Below are positions 37,957 to 50,248 of a stretch of DNA of 64,000 nucleotides, in pieces. Both the position numbers and the translations under genes were made by a program. Within the stretch, counting starts at the first letter, position 1. Each line of letters starts with the position of its first letter. The stretch spans positions 558,001-622,000 of the forward strand of contig JBLDXI010000066.1 of NCBI GenBank assembly GCA_047495785.1, given 5' to 3'. Source of the stretch: Lepidodermella squamata (lineage: Eukaryota > Animalia > Gastrotricha). The notes below the pieces were generated by a model, which searched no databases, was not told the DNA's origin, and saw only the letters and a program-made list of their open reading frames with translations.

Positions 37957-40442
37957 TCAAATATTTCCGTCGTAAACTTCCTCAACCATGAGATAAGAAG
38001 CGCCTCCGAGAGTTGCTGAGTAGGTTTTGTTAAAGGTGCCCCAATTCGGATCCACCTTCCCAATGCTCAGCCCAATCGTAACAGTGCCAGCTGGAATCGT
38101 CATCCTGCAAATTCCTTCGACTAAAGCAAAACGCCGTCAGATTGTAACCTAGCTTTATTCAAGTAGGACTTACCAACTCTCGGGATAGCACGGCACAGCC
38201 CGTATGCTAGGTTGTTGAAATGCCACCACGATTCAATCCGTGTCGGATTAGTACAGTCCCCGCCGTTGATGGTGATGAAAAATCGAGGACACTCAGCCGT
38301 ATCAGCGCCTAGCGTGCAGAATTCTTGCATCCCGTACCATTTTACATGCAGTGCAGATTGACCTTGTAGTTTCGTATAAGTCCGAGTCTACAAATTTAGT
38401 GAACTGGTAATTTGCCTTAATCATTAAAATTGTATCGAACCGTTACAGGGCTCAGGCAAGCTGAACCTCCAGTAGTTCGACAGCCTTCTGTGATCGAAAA
38501 GTACCTTCGGTTGTAGTAGGGTAGTTGCATTACGCTTCCATCGCTAAGAAGTACTAAAGCAGCAAATGAGTGATGAAACTATCGAACCTATTACCGAACT
38601 CACGAGCATTGATAGGCTGATTTTCGCGAATCTCTTCAACCATCAACCCAGACGGTTTCCCACGACCAATACTGATTCCGCCATCCGACGGGTTGTTTGC
38701 GTCAACATAATAAGAACAAGACCGGTCCCACCATATCGCAATATCGTACCTCCCAGCTGGCAATCCACGACAAACGCCATCAACTAGGAAATAAAATAAG
38801 AATCGGATTTGAAGATGAATTGATATCTCACGTTCTATTGTTGTTCCGTAAGGTGCTGCCCTTCTGGTCGCAGTACTCCCAGTAATCTCGCGCATTGCTG
38901 CTTCGATTGAGTAGGGATTCGAGCACAACTGCCCATTTATGGTTGCAAAAAATCGGATGCACGAGTTGTAGACGTTCAACATAACAGTCGCCTGCCAATA
39001 GATTCGCAACAGAGACGTGTCTGACCTCTTTTTATACTCGAAAATAGCCTTAATAACAGTTTCGAAGTATTAGCTGGAAGAATTAATTCTCGAGGATTAC
39101 CCAATCAGTTTGGCCACCTGGAATCATGCCGTTGTACGTCAAATTTCGCCATTGTTTTGAAAAAGTGTTGAAAACCTAAAGAAAATTCTGAATATTTTTG
39201 AAATGAAATGAAAATCCTTACCGTTGCGCTCTGACATCGAGCAGTGTCATCTTAAAATTTCAAAAATGTCAGTAATTTTTTCAATCTCAACTATACAAAC
39301 CGAGCTTGAAAAGGTATTTTGAAGGTATGTACTCTTCAATCCAGATGAAATGTGGAGCTTTGAAGCCATTGAGATTCCCGCCGATATCCGCCCCATTACC
39401 ATGCGTTAGGCCCCAGAAACGGAAGTCGTAAAGCATGTTAATTGAATACGTCCCAGCGGCGTATTCTTGTTGGGTGCACGGAAATTCAATGTGTAAAGAA
39501 TGACTTGACCAATCGCTATTGTGCGAATCGTAAAATTCGTTCTGCAACACCCACATAATGTTATCATCGCCGGTACAAGTGTTCCCATTTATCGTAGCGT
39601 AGATGTAAGCGTCTCGGTATGGACAACAGGCAACGCCGGGCCCATTTGCATTGAAATGCATCCAATTAGCGATAGATAGATGGATTCTGATGTGCGTGAA
39701 ATCGTGCTTCTTCGTAAAACTCGTGGTCTTGAGAATAAAAACCCTTGATTCCTATAATCGAAACGAGGCAAAAGTGCTCACCCATAGCTGGAATGGCATA
39801 GCGCTTCCGCTGCGAGGTTGATACAAGTCAACATTCTGGTTGATAGTCACTCTTCGGGCGAAATCGAAACATGTGGACATTTCTCCTGTCAGTTGTCCCA
39901 CAATTTTTAGATTTAATGATTAAATTGAATGACAAACCTGCGCAGATTGGTTGACTATTCGGGCAGTCTTTGAGGCAAACTGGCGTGATGGCCTCCGCAT
40001 CTGACGGTTGCGCATTTGCTGGACAATAATTCAAGCAGTTATCAACGTTATTTATCCGGTCGATTACTCCATTGCCGATAGACTGCGGGACCACTAGAAC
40101 ACCAGAGGTCCCGGGTCGCCCATCGAGACCAGCTCGATCGAACTCCAACGCAGTAGCCTTGTCCGCTCTCGATAGCCAACACGTATTCCGAGACAAATCG
40201 ACAAAAGCTGATCGGCACGGCGGTGATCTTGTGCCTAAACACCTCATTTGGCAGTGTTCGACGCTTTTCACCGGCACGTTGCTAGGTTGAATGACGTACA
40301 AATTCCAGGCTAGATCGGCTGTGTCGATAGTGACCGATATTTCCTGAGCTTGCATGAAACTGTTACATTTCCCCTTCATTATAAACTCAGCGTTAAGCTG
40401 AGCGTATAGAAATGTGATCGAAAAAAGGAGAAGGGCGAGCAT
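37957..40442 (-). CDS. Family B copy 3 (most divergent)
   Basis: MLALLLFS start; PAN SVEHCQMRCLGTRSPPCRSAF...TCWL; three CTHRC1-like repeats; EEVYDGNI end. Confidence 0.8.
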
Positions 40443-40741
40443 CTTCCAGTTTACCCAAAAATTGTTCTTGTTGCTGGGGTACAGCCTGGGTTTGGAAAGC
40501 CTGGGGTTGGAGTGATTCATAATTAAACGCTCGCTCACACCACTGGAGTGCTGAATGAATCAAAACAAATAGCGGATGATCTGCTGTAGTGAGAAAAACA
40601 TGTATATTACAGCATTGACGTCAGAATCCGACGTGTCCCGAATAACATGTCCAGGCTTTTAAACCTATGAACTGTTTAATAGTTTTAGTCTTTCCAGCCA
40701 TAAATCCATTCATTTCTTGTTTCAGTCATACTGGTTGAACT

Positions 40742-40790
40742 CTAAATATTGCCCTAATAAACTTCCTCGACTAACAAAATAGGACGGCGC
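40742..40790 (-). pseudogene. Isolated remnant of the family B last exon
   Basis: Reverse strand TCCTATTTTGTTAGTCGAGGAAGTTTATTAGGGCAATATTTAG matches the VEEVYEGNI exon end, with a frameshift and a GAG to TAG stop. Confidence 0.6.
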
Positions 40791-41300
40791 TGTATGGCCC
40801 TCCCGCTATTGTCTCAAGTGAACGTCAAAGATGCCTACGCAATCATTAAGGCCGAGGCGCCCCCTGTTGCCGAGTTGCGTTTCGCGCTTCGGGCCGATTG
40901 GCCAATATTGGACAGATTTGGCCCAAGAGGGACTTGGGTATATGCAGTTTTTGATATATCCGCCCATCAACTCTCTGAGTTGGAAGAAAAAAAGCCAGCG
41001 GTAAGCCGCCTTGGCCTTGAAGACGGCGTGGAGCTAGATGCGATTGTTGACGATGATGGCGAAGGCGATCACAAAGGTCAAAGTCATAGCTCTGATGGAG
41101 TGACATGAATTGAGACATGCATTTAATTAATAGTCTCAAATAGTCAGCCGCCTTAATTGAGTGGATACTTCAACATATTTCAAAATATTCAAATGGCGAT
41201 TTGAAATTATTAGCAATGAAAGTCAATTGTTTTACTCTTATTTCGAGTCGTCAAGCGTTAAATCCATCACATTTCAAGTTTCAGATATTCTGCCCCATCT

Positions 41301-44130
41301 TTATATATTGCCCTCATAAACTTCCTCAACCATCAGATAGGACGCTCCGCCAACAGTTGCTGCGTACGTTTTGACGAAATTTCCCCACGTAGCGTGATTT
41401 TTCCCAAAGGCCAAAGTGAGCGTGACAGGTCCCGCCGCAATAGGAACCCTGCATATTCCCTCGACTATCAAAGAATAAATTCAAGTTATCTAATTAATGA
41501 TTAATTTAATCATTTACTAACCGACTCTTGGGATCGCGCGGCACAGTCCATACGGCGGAGTATCGTAATGCCACCATGATTCTATAGGCGTCGGATTGGT
41601 GCAGTCAGCCCCATTTATCGTAACGTAAAACCGAACACTTTCAGCGCTTATGTATCCATCCGAACAAAATTCCTGCATCCCGTACCACTTGATATGAAGG
41701 ACGGACTTGCCCTGAAGCTTGTTGTAAGTTCGAGTCTAAACCAAGGAAGAAAATATAATTCTTTTGTACATAGTATTCTTTTCGAAAAAATACCGCGATC
41801 GTGCTCAAACAGGCTGATCCTGCAACAGCTCGGCATCCCTCCGTTATCGAGAAATACCGTCTGTTGTAGTACGGCAGTTGGACAACAGTGCCATCGTTCG
41901 TCAATACTGAATTAGGGATTAAAATATGAATAGAGGATAATTGATAATTGAAAATATATATATATATATATAAATATATATATATATTAAACTTACAAAC
42001 GTTGATCGGCAAATTTTCGTTGATTTCTTCGACGATCATTCCTGCAGGTTTTGAACGGCCAATGTCAATTCCATCGGCAACACCAGCATCAATGTAGCTT
42101 GCACAATTGTGGTCCCACCACACAACAATGTCGTATTTTCCCGCCGGCAAATTACGGCAAACTCCATCAACTATGAAAATTGATGAATATGTCACATTAA
42201 AAGTTGACAATCGTGGAATGTCGACAATATGAAACATAAAACATAAATTGCCATTTAATGTGTATGAACAGTCATCCTTGTGAATTGTAATGATGACCAA
42301 AAAATCCATGAATAAATAAATGAAATCCACGCCAGGGAATCTGAATCTGAAAATATGCATAGGTAAAATTCGCAGCGATTACGCTAATTTCGAAAAACTC
42401 GATTATCGAAAATCGATATTGATTGATTATCGATATATGGATGATCACTTTCCCATACACATTTCAATGAGTTTCAACCAAAAAGTCTTATAGACATACT
42501 TATACTTGAACTTCTCAATTATTCGAAATTGATCAACTTCATTAACTGCGAACAATCCACAAGGTTAAGTTTAACATACGTTCAATTGTGATGCCGTATG
42601 GTCCAACGCGATTTACACCGGGACCGGGGGCGTACTCACGGATAGAAGTCTCGATCGAGTAAGGATTGGCGCATAGTTGATCGTTAATCGTAACATATAA
42701 ACGCAAGCAACGATTGTAAACGTTCATGTTAACAGTGCCCTGCCAGTAAACTCGCAGCAAGGAAGTGTCCGATCGTTTCTTGTACTTCCAGATCGCCCAG
42801 TCTGTTCTACCGCCCGCAGTATTACCATTGTATGTCAATTTGTTCCATTGCTCGGTTACAGTGTTGAAAACCTGGAAAGCACGAATGAATCAACCGTGAT
42901 ATCACCATAAAAATGAGATCCTTACTGTTGCACTTTGACACCTCGCTGTATCATCTGAAATGTTATGAATTGATACCACATTGATTAACACCTTTATAAA
43001 AGAATTTCACCTAGTTTGAATAAGTATTTTGCTGGGACAAATTCCTCGACCCAAATCATATTTGGAGCCATTCTTCCATTTAGATTGCCACTGAAGTCAA
43101 CCCCGCCGCCCTGAACCATCCCCCAGTTGCGATAGTCATAATAGGCCTTCACGTCATATGCCCCAGCAGGAAGTTCATTCAGAGTGCATGGAAATTCGCC
43201 GTGGAATGAATAACCGTGGTATTCGCTTGCGCAGCCATCCAAAAATTCGTTTTGAATGGCCCAGAAAATATTTTCATCACCTGCGCAATTGATTCCATTC
43301 ACGGTCGTAAACACATAGCCGTCTCTAACAGTGTTGGCTGAATTCAAGTTGATATGAATCCAATAAGCAATGAAAATGTGGACTCGAATGTGGGTGAAAT
43401 CATGCTTCTTTGTAAAAGAAGTTGTCTGGAAAAGAAGAAGCACAAAGCCTATTACTAGATGCTTTAAAATTTCCAAAAATACCCATAATTGATATGGTGA
43501 AGAGAATGTTCCACGTATACTGAAAACTTGCCCATTCTGATTGATTGTCACTCGACGCGGATAGTCAAAACACGACGACATCTCTCCTTAAAACGGAACC
43601 GGTTTAGAAGCATTGAAGACATAAAAAATTGTACAAATACCTGCACAATAAGGTGACGTATTTGGGCAATCTTGAACACAAACAGGCGAAATCGCAGTGG
43701 CCGAGGGGGTCGTGACAGCTGGGCAGAAAGTGTCACAGCTATCGATTCCAGCCACGCGATCAGAGACACCTTCGCCAATGCTTTGCGGAGCGATCAGAAT
43801 GCCAGAGGTGAGACTGCCCTCGAGGCGATCGAACCCCATTGCTGTGTCTTTATCTGCTCGCAACAGCCAGCACTCCTGGCGATAGGGAACGTAGAAGGCA
43901 GATCGGCAGGGAGGGTTGTAAGTCGCTAGGCATTTGCTCTGACATTGTTCCTGGCTCGAAACCGTGCGGTTGAACGGCTGAATAACGTACAGGTTGAAAG
44001 CAAGATCGGATAGGTCCACATTCAGAGCTATTTCCTGTGGTTGAAAGTAGCTCGAGCATTTTCCTCGCATTATCATTTCAGCATTCATCGGGACCACCAG
44101 CCCTGCAAATATAAGTAGCAGAGGCGCCAT
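41301..44130 (-). CDS. Family B copy 4
   Basis: MAPLLLIFAG start, same exon series, EEVYEGNI end. Confidence 0.8.
41954..41987. repeat. (AT)n microsatellite in an intron
   Basis: ATATATAT... run with one interruption. Confidence 0.9.
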
Positions 44131-45710
44131 GTTTCTTGTACTTCTAGGATCAAAACTACAGCGTCTAACATAATGTTACTTCATTCTCCTATAGTTATCA
44201 ACAATTTATGAAAGCAACTAGAGTCATGGTGTTTGTTAAACAATCGAGCCAATATGAATATCAACTCACCCATTGTTCTTCGTGAATTACAGCTCGCATC
44301 AAACCAAGCAATAAGTCAACGATTAGCGAGGGTTCAAACATGCTCCAGTCGTTCGTTCTCTATTCTAAATATAGAATTGTCCTCCAAAATATAGGCCGAG
44401 TAGCTGCGCGAATTCGATATTTTACGACATAAAATGTATTGCATTGCCTCACGTGTTCAGGCCTGATATTTGAATGAATATCCTTATGTATTATTCAAAT
44501 CGCCAGCGTCGTGGACAAACTAGGTATTATGCTTTTTTCATGGCAGGCTTTGCCTGCATTGAATCCTGTTGTTAATTTCTGAACGGCTGTTTTTTTCCTC
44601 ATGAAATCATGCCTTTTTCTCCAAATACTTGCTGCCGAACTGATAAAAAGACAATTTAACGGGTGATTGATTCGCCTCTATCGCGTCACGCCGGTCAACA
44701 CTCTCATCACTTGTCTCTGATGATACTGAGCTGTCGGAATGGGTGAGTACCATTAAGTAAATTCAGGTACTTTTATGAGATTTTGACTTTCCACCAGTTC
44801 AGCAGGCCATGCGATAGAACCTAACGTAGCTATTATATCATCCGTCCTTTTAGATGAGAAATTGGCTGTTAAAGAAATCCAATGAGCAATGAGCAACGCG
44901 TGCTGTCAGTCGAGAAGCGAATATCATGCTAGGCATTTGTTCTCATGGGGCCCTTATTATCGATTACACCGACGACCCAGGCCATAGTATGATAAAATGA
45001 TCAATGTTTACGAAATCGATAAAGCTTCGATTCAAAATGACGCGCCCCAGTTATTTTCGACGACGTATCCCGGAGAAAACATGGTGCAAATGGTTGCTTT
45101 GGTTTACATCGTGCTAAGTTCGCTGTTCCGATGATCACTATTGAAACCTGTTGCCTCGATTTTTGTGAGGCCTATCTTCAAATATCGTGTCGGTTTTAAT
45201 ACTATAAAGTAATTCAGACAATTCTTCATCGATTGAATACGGGGTTCTCGGGCGAATAAATTGATGGAAACAAGCTTTACGCGCTCCTAATGCTTCGAGA
45301 AACGACCCTCTGGCCAACAGTCAGCTAACAGTAAAACGTCAGCTAATGAATGACAGCAATGGCAGACTGGCGACTTCGACCCACAAATCTGTATCCTCTG
45401 ATAGCTGATAGTATAGATATCGCTAGCGACATAGCAAACATGCCCAATAATGTATTCTTGAATGAATTTACTCTTTTCAAGTGATAGAAGGCATGCGGCA
45501 CTCGTTTAATGAAGCATGAGGGAACATTGAATAGTCAGCCGCTTGTATTAGGTCAAAATTTAAAAAATGTCAATAGTTTCAAGGCCATTCGAAGCTTAAA
45601 GCAGGGTCGAGAGCTGCGCTTATTCCACGTCAGATGCTTTTACCCATAATCATTGCGTCATCTCACAATAAATCGGTCATTGTTTTAGTTTCGATTATTT
45701 TTGTCAAACT

Positions 45711-47975
45711 TTAAAGGTTGCCCTCGTAAACTTCCTCGACCATCAGATAGGCCGCTCCGCCAAGAGTTGCTGCGTACGTTTTGGTGAAAACTCCCCAGCT
45801 AGCGTGATTTTTCCCGAAGGCCAAAGTGAGCGTAACAGGCCCCGCCGAAATTGGAACCCTGCATACCCCCTCGACTACCGAAAAATAAATTGAAATAAAA
45901 TCATGATTATTTTGGCAAAGTCACGATTGACTAACCGACTCTGGGAACGGCTCTGCAGAGACCGTAGGCTACACCGTCGTAATGCCACCAGGATTCTATG
46001 GGCAATGGATCAGTGCAATCAGCCCCATTGATGGTAACGTAAAACCGAACACTTTCCTGGCCAAGATTACCATTTGAACAAAACTCTTGCATCCCGTACC
46101 ATTTGATATGAAGGACGGATTTGCTCTGAAGCTTGTTATAGGTTCGAGTCTGAAAAAGGGAAAAATATAATATCCAAAATCCGTTGCGAACAAAATACCG
46201 CGATCGTGCTCAAACAGGCTGCCCCAGCCACAGCTCGGCATCCCTCTGTTATCGAGAAATACCGCCTGTTGTAATATGGCAGTTGGACAACTGTGCCATC
46301 GTTCGTCAATACTGGTCGAGTGATTGAAAGAGAATAAATAATATTGCCGCGGGAATTCTTCAACTTACAAACATTGATCGGCAGGTTTTCGTTGATTTCT
46401 TCGACGATCATTCCTGCAGGTTTCGAACGTCCAATATCCATTTGATCGCCCCCACCACCATCACTATAGTAGGCACAATTGTGGTCCCACCATACAGCTA
46501 TATCGTACTTTCCAGCCGGCAAGTTACGGCAAACTCCATCAACTATTAAGATTGACAAAAATATTGCCAAGTTAGCAAGGCTGTTCTTTTCTGCTCAATT
46601 TAGATAGTTAATTTCGAAATTCTTGGACTTCCGGCATTGGAAAAATCCGGGAGCTGATGTGTTTTCTACTTGTCAATAGGACCCGGCCGAAAAAAACAAA
46701 GGGTTTCCACCCTGTGGTTTTTTCAGCCTTCCTCTGATTGGAGTCCTGGAGCTGGGGTGTTGTGACACCCCAGCAACCCTGTACTTCGCACCCTGTTTGA
46801 CATACGTTCGATCGTAATGGCGTAGGGCCCAACACGCATTTGATTTGCATTGACAGCAATCTCACGGACAACTGTCTCGATCGAGTAAGGATTGGCGCAT
46901 AGTTGATCGTTGATAGTAACATATAAACGCGAGCATCGGCTCCAACTGTTGACGAAAACAGTGCCCTGCCAGTAAACTCGCAGCAAGGAAGTGTCCGATC
47001 GTTTCTTGTACTTCCAGATCGCCCAGTCTGTTCTACCGCCCGCAGTATTACCATTGTATGCCAATTTGTTCCATTGATCTGTTACAGTGTTAAAGACCTG
47101 GAAAAGGCACTTGAATCATCACCAAAATAATAAGTTTTCTATCCTTACTGTAGCGCTTTGACACCTTGCTGTATCATCTGTAATGGTATGAATATTTATA
47201 TACCACATTGATAAACACCCTGATAAAATGATTTCACCTAGCTTGAATAAGTATTTTGCTGGGACAAATTCTTCGACCCAAATCAAATTCGGTGCCATTC
47301 TTCCATTAAGATTGCCACTGAAGTCAACCCCGCCGCCCTGAATCATACCCCAGTTGCGATAGTCATAAAAGGCCTTCACGTCATATGTCCCAGCAGGAAG
47401 TTCATTCAGCGTGCACGGAAATTCGGCGTGGTGCGAATGCCCATAGTAATCATTATAGCAGCCGTCCGTAAATTCGTTTGTCAGTGGCCAGAACATATTT
47501 TCATCACCTGCGCAATTGATTCCATTGACGGTCGTGAACACATAGCCGTCTCTAGCGGCGAGGCCTGAACCCGAGTTAATGTGAATCCAATAAGCGATGA
47601 AAATATGCACTCGAATGTGAGTGAAATCATGCTTCTTTGTAAAAGAAGTTGTCTGGAAATGAAAAGACCAGTAGAGCTTTTAGATGCTTTGTGATATCGA
47701 AACCATACCCATAGTGCATAAGGAGAGGAGAATGCACCTCGTATACTAAAGACTTGCCCATTCTGATTGATTGTCACTCGACGCGGATAGTCAAAACACG
47801 ACGACATCTCTCCTTCAAACAAAATTATTTGGGGACAATTCTAGGGAGAAACAAGTAATAATAACCTGCACAATAAGGTGACGTATTCGGGCAATCTTGA
47901 ACACAAACAGGCGAAATGGCTGTGGCCGAAGGCGTTGTAACAGCTGGGCAGAAAGTGTCGCAGCTATCAATTCCA
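45711..47975 (-). pseudogene. Family B copy 5, first coding exon interrupted by the Polinton
   Basis: Downstream exons present; match to paralogs stops abruptly after CAGCTATCAATTCCA (47975), where paralogs continue GCCACGCGATC; signal peptide and PAN domain missing from the window. Confidence 0.8.
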
Positions 47976-48270
47976 AGCAGATAGGAATTGCCGGAGCTGG
48001 GCCACTCGACGGCTTACACCCTTTTTGGCAATTCGAGCCTGACCATGGAAATTGGCAAAACATTTCAAGGACAATTTGAATAAATATTTAGTGTGTTTGA
48101 AATTGCTGGGATGGTAAGTTATGACAATTCCGCGCCCGCGAATGAGGACAAAATTTCGGCGTAAGGGGGGAGTATTAGATGCGCAAAACATACATGAGCG
48201 AGTTATGACTCATCGCACACAACACTTCCTTAAAATAACACTTTAAAATGAGACGGACACACATATAAAT

Positions 48271-48367
48271 GGGCCTCGCCCACTGGCATAGTGGTTAACA
48301 CACTGTGCAGTGTTGTTTTGGGGTGCGGGTTCAATCCCCACCGCCCGCAGAAGAAATTCGGTTTTTT
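48271..48367 (+). ncRNA. tRNA-like Pol III unit 1
   Basis: A box TGGCATAGTGG 48284, B box GGTTCAATCC 48328, T-arm-like stem, T6 at 48362. Confidence 0.55.
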
Positions 48368-48447
48368 CTTTCTTTTCTTCTCTTTCTTCTTTCTCTTCTC
48401 TCTCTCTCTCTCTCTTCTCTTTCTTCTTTCTCTTCTTTTCTTTCTTT
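48362..48447. repeat. CT-rich low-complexity tract
   Basis: Pure pyrimidine run including (CT)n. Confidence 0.9.
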
Positions 48448-48542
48448 AGGTTAAATTTTTTATTTAAATGTCTACAGCACATGATTCATAGGGGAAATAC
48501 CGCCGAGTGAAATGACACGATTTTAACGCCTTGGTATTATAC

Positions 48543-48638
48543 GCTGTACACAGTGGCACAGTAGTATTAGCACTACACTGGGTAGCTCAAGGATGTGAGG
48601 TCGATTCCCACCTGCTGCAATATAAACTTTATTTTTTT
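48543..48638 (+). ncRNA. tRNA-like Pol III unit 2
   Basis: A box TGGCACAGTAG 48554, variant B box GGTCGATTCC 48599, T7 at 48632. Confidence 0.45.
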
Positions 48639-48754
48639 ATTTTTTATTTTTTAATCAATTTTACATTTCAATCTGTGCATAAGCAAATGAGCCGAATGGA
48701 AGAAATAGAAGAGGCATGATTCCCTTCTTAAATGGTTTAGAATGGTGCTATAAT

Positions 48755-48849
48755 GGGCTGTACACAGTGGCACAGTGGTATTAGCACTGCGTTAGATACC
48801 TGAAGGATGAGGGTTCGATCCCCAACCTCTGCAAAATAAATTTAGTTTT
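48755..48849 (+). ncRNA. tRNA-like Pol III unit 3
   Basis: A box TGGCACAGTGG 48768, B box GGTTCGATCC 48812, T4 at 48846; tandem homolog of unit 2 including the downstream spacer. Confidence 0.55.
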
Positions 48850-48979
48850 CTATTTTCTTTAATTTGATTTTAATTTAAATCTGTGAATATGCAAATGAGC
48901 TGACTGGAAGAAATTACGGATGCATGATTCGCTTTATAAATGGTTATTGAGTACGTGATAATACCCTTCGGGGAAAACA

Positions 48980-49270
48980 ATGGCTACAATGGAGAGCGAA
49001 CCACCAACGCGAAAAGACCGCTTCGCCTTTCTGAACGGTACCAAGCAAACTGGCAACGCGGTTCGAAGACGGCACGCCCAATTAAAGGCAGAGCTCGGCC
49101 GGCTATTCGATCAAAAGCGAGCCATCAAGTTGCGGATGCAAAAGCTCGCAAGGCAGCTGAGCGACAAACAGTCGCGAATCGCTCAAGTTAAACAGGAAAT
49201 CGATGACCTACCTAGAGAATTCTATGATGATAATGATGACAGTGATGATGGAGGTGTAGATCTTCGTTGA
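48980..49270 (+). CDS. Small basic coiled-coil protein with acidic tail (Polinton accessory)
   Basis: ATG in AAAACAATGG context; RRRH then heptads L-L-I-L; DDNDDSDD tail. Confidence 0.55.
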   Translation: MATMESEPPTRKDRFAFLNGTKQTGNAVRRRHAQLKAELGRLFDQKRAIKLRMQKLARQLSDKQSRIAQVKQEIDDLPREFYDDNDDSDDGGVDLR

Positions 49271-50248
49271 TCCCTAATAGGATCATGAAGCGTTGATCCC
49301 TAATAGGATCATGAGTAGGATATCATGCAATAAAACAAGAATGAGAAAATCTCTCTTTTTCACTTCATTGTTCAATAGCCTTTTAGATACTTGGTTGTTT
49401 ATAGAGAAATTATTCTTGACAAGTTTTACCACTAACCACTCGCGCACACGACATGCGCACAATGAATATAGTCTGTGATTTATAGCAGTTATAGTTAAAT
49501 CATGCTGTGTAATTTATGGGGAAGAGGAAATGGCTATTTCCCTTGTAAATTATAGCCGGTATATACTTCCACACATTTCGAGCAGTTCTCTTAACAAAAT
49601 AGTTTTGCAGCTCTCGTAATGCAGTTTCACTGTTTCATGCACGATCCCTTTTCTCACCCAACTGCGTTGCAATAACAAATAACAAGCAATAACCCCCCAA
49701 TTTATTTTACATTAAAACCAGGCATAAAATCATCAGAATATCTCTTTTTTCTAATTACGTAGATAATCAGTCTGAGTCAGGAAATCAAAAATCCACTCGA
49801 CTCAAATCAATCTACAAACTACAGGCTTTCCAATGATAAGTGATTTATGGGATTTGCGAAAACTTTCGTCTTCAACATAGGTCGTTGAATATTTGAAAAA
49901 ACTTCGTGAAAAGGCACATTTTGGTCAGGTTTTGAGTGCACAAAATTTTGTTCACGCCCGCAAAACTTGAAATTCCACTCCCAATTTTTTAATCAATACT
50001 TTACTGGCTTTCGGATGATATATGACTCGTGAGATTTGGACAAATTTGTAACCACAACGCAGGTCGTTGAAAAATGCATAAAAATCATGAAATAGCGGTA
50101 TGATATTCGACTTCTCGGATTTCAACATATTCTTGAGTTCATTCCAGGTCATTGAAATTTATACAGATTTCATTAGTCGGGCACATTACATTACAGTCTA
50201 TCGACCGCTCCACCGGCTGATTCAGCAGTACCTCCCAGTGCAGATCTA

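Noticed and set aside
40794-41108. 104-aa ORF faintly resembling a MULE transposase helix (MALPLL...VKDAY)
   Set aside because: Too short, no catalytic motifs or TIRs seen; needs a profile search
48243-48510. ORFs with K/E/R-rich or F/S/L-rich translation
   Set aside because: Artefacts of the CT tract and the tRNA-like unit
48271-48849. Functional tRNA genes
   Set aside because: A and B boxes are present but no 7-bp acceptor stem or 5-bp/7-nt anticodon arm can be drawn; kept as tRNA-like only
49700-50200. Nested transposon or gene (ORF 49952-50152) in the Polinton non-coding region
   Set aside because: No TIR/TSD pair or recognisable protein motif found by eye
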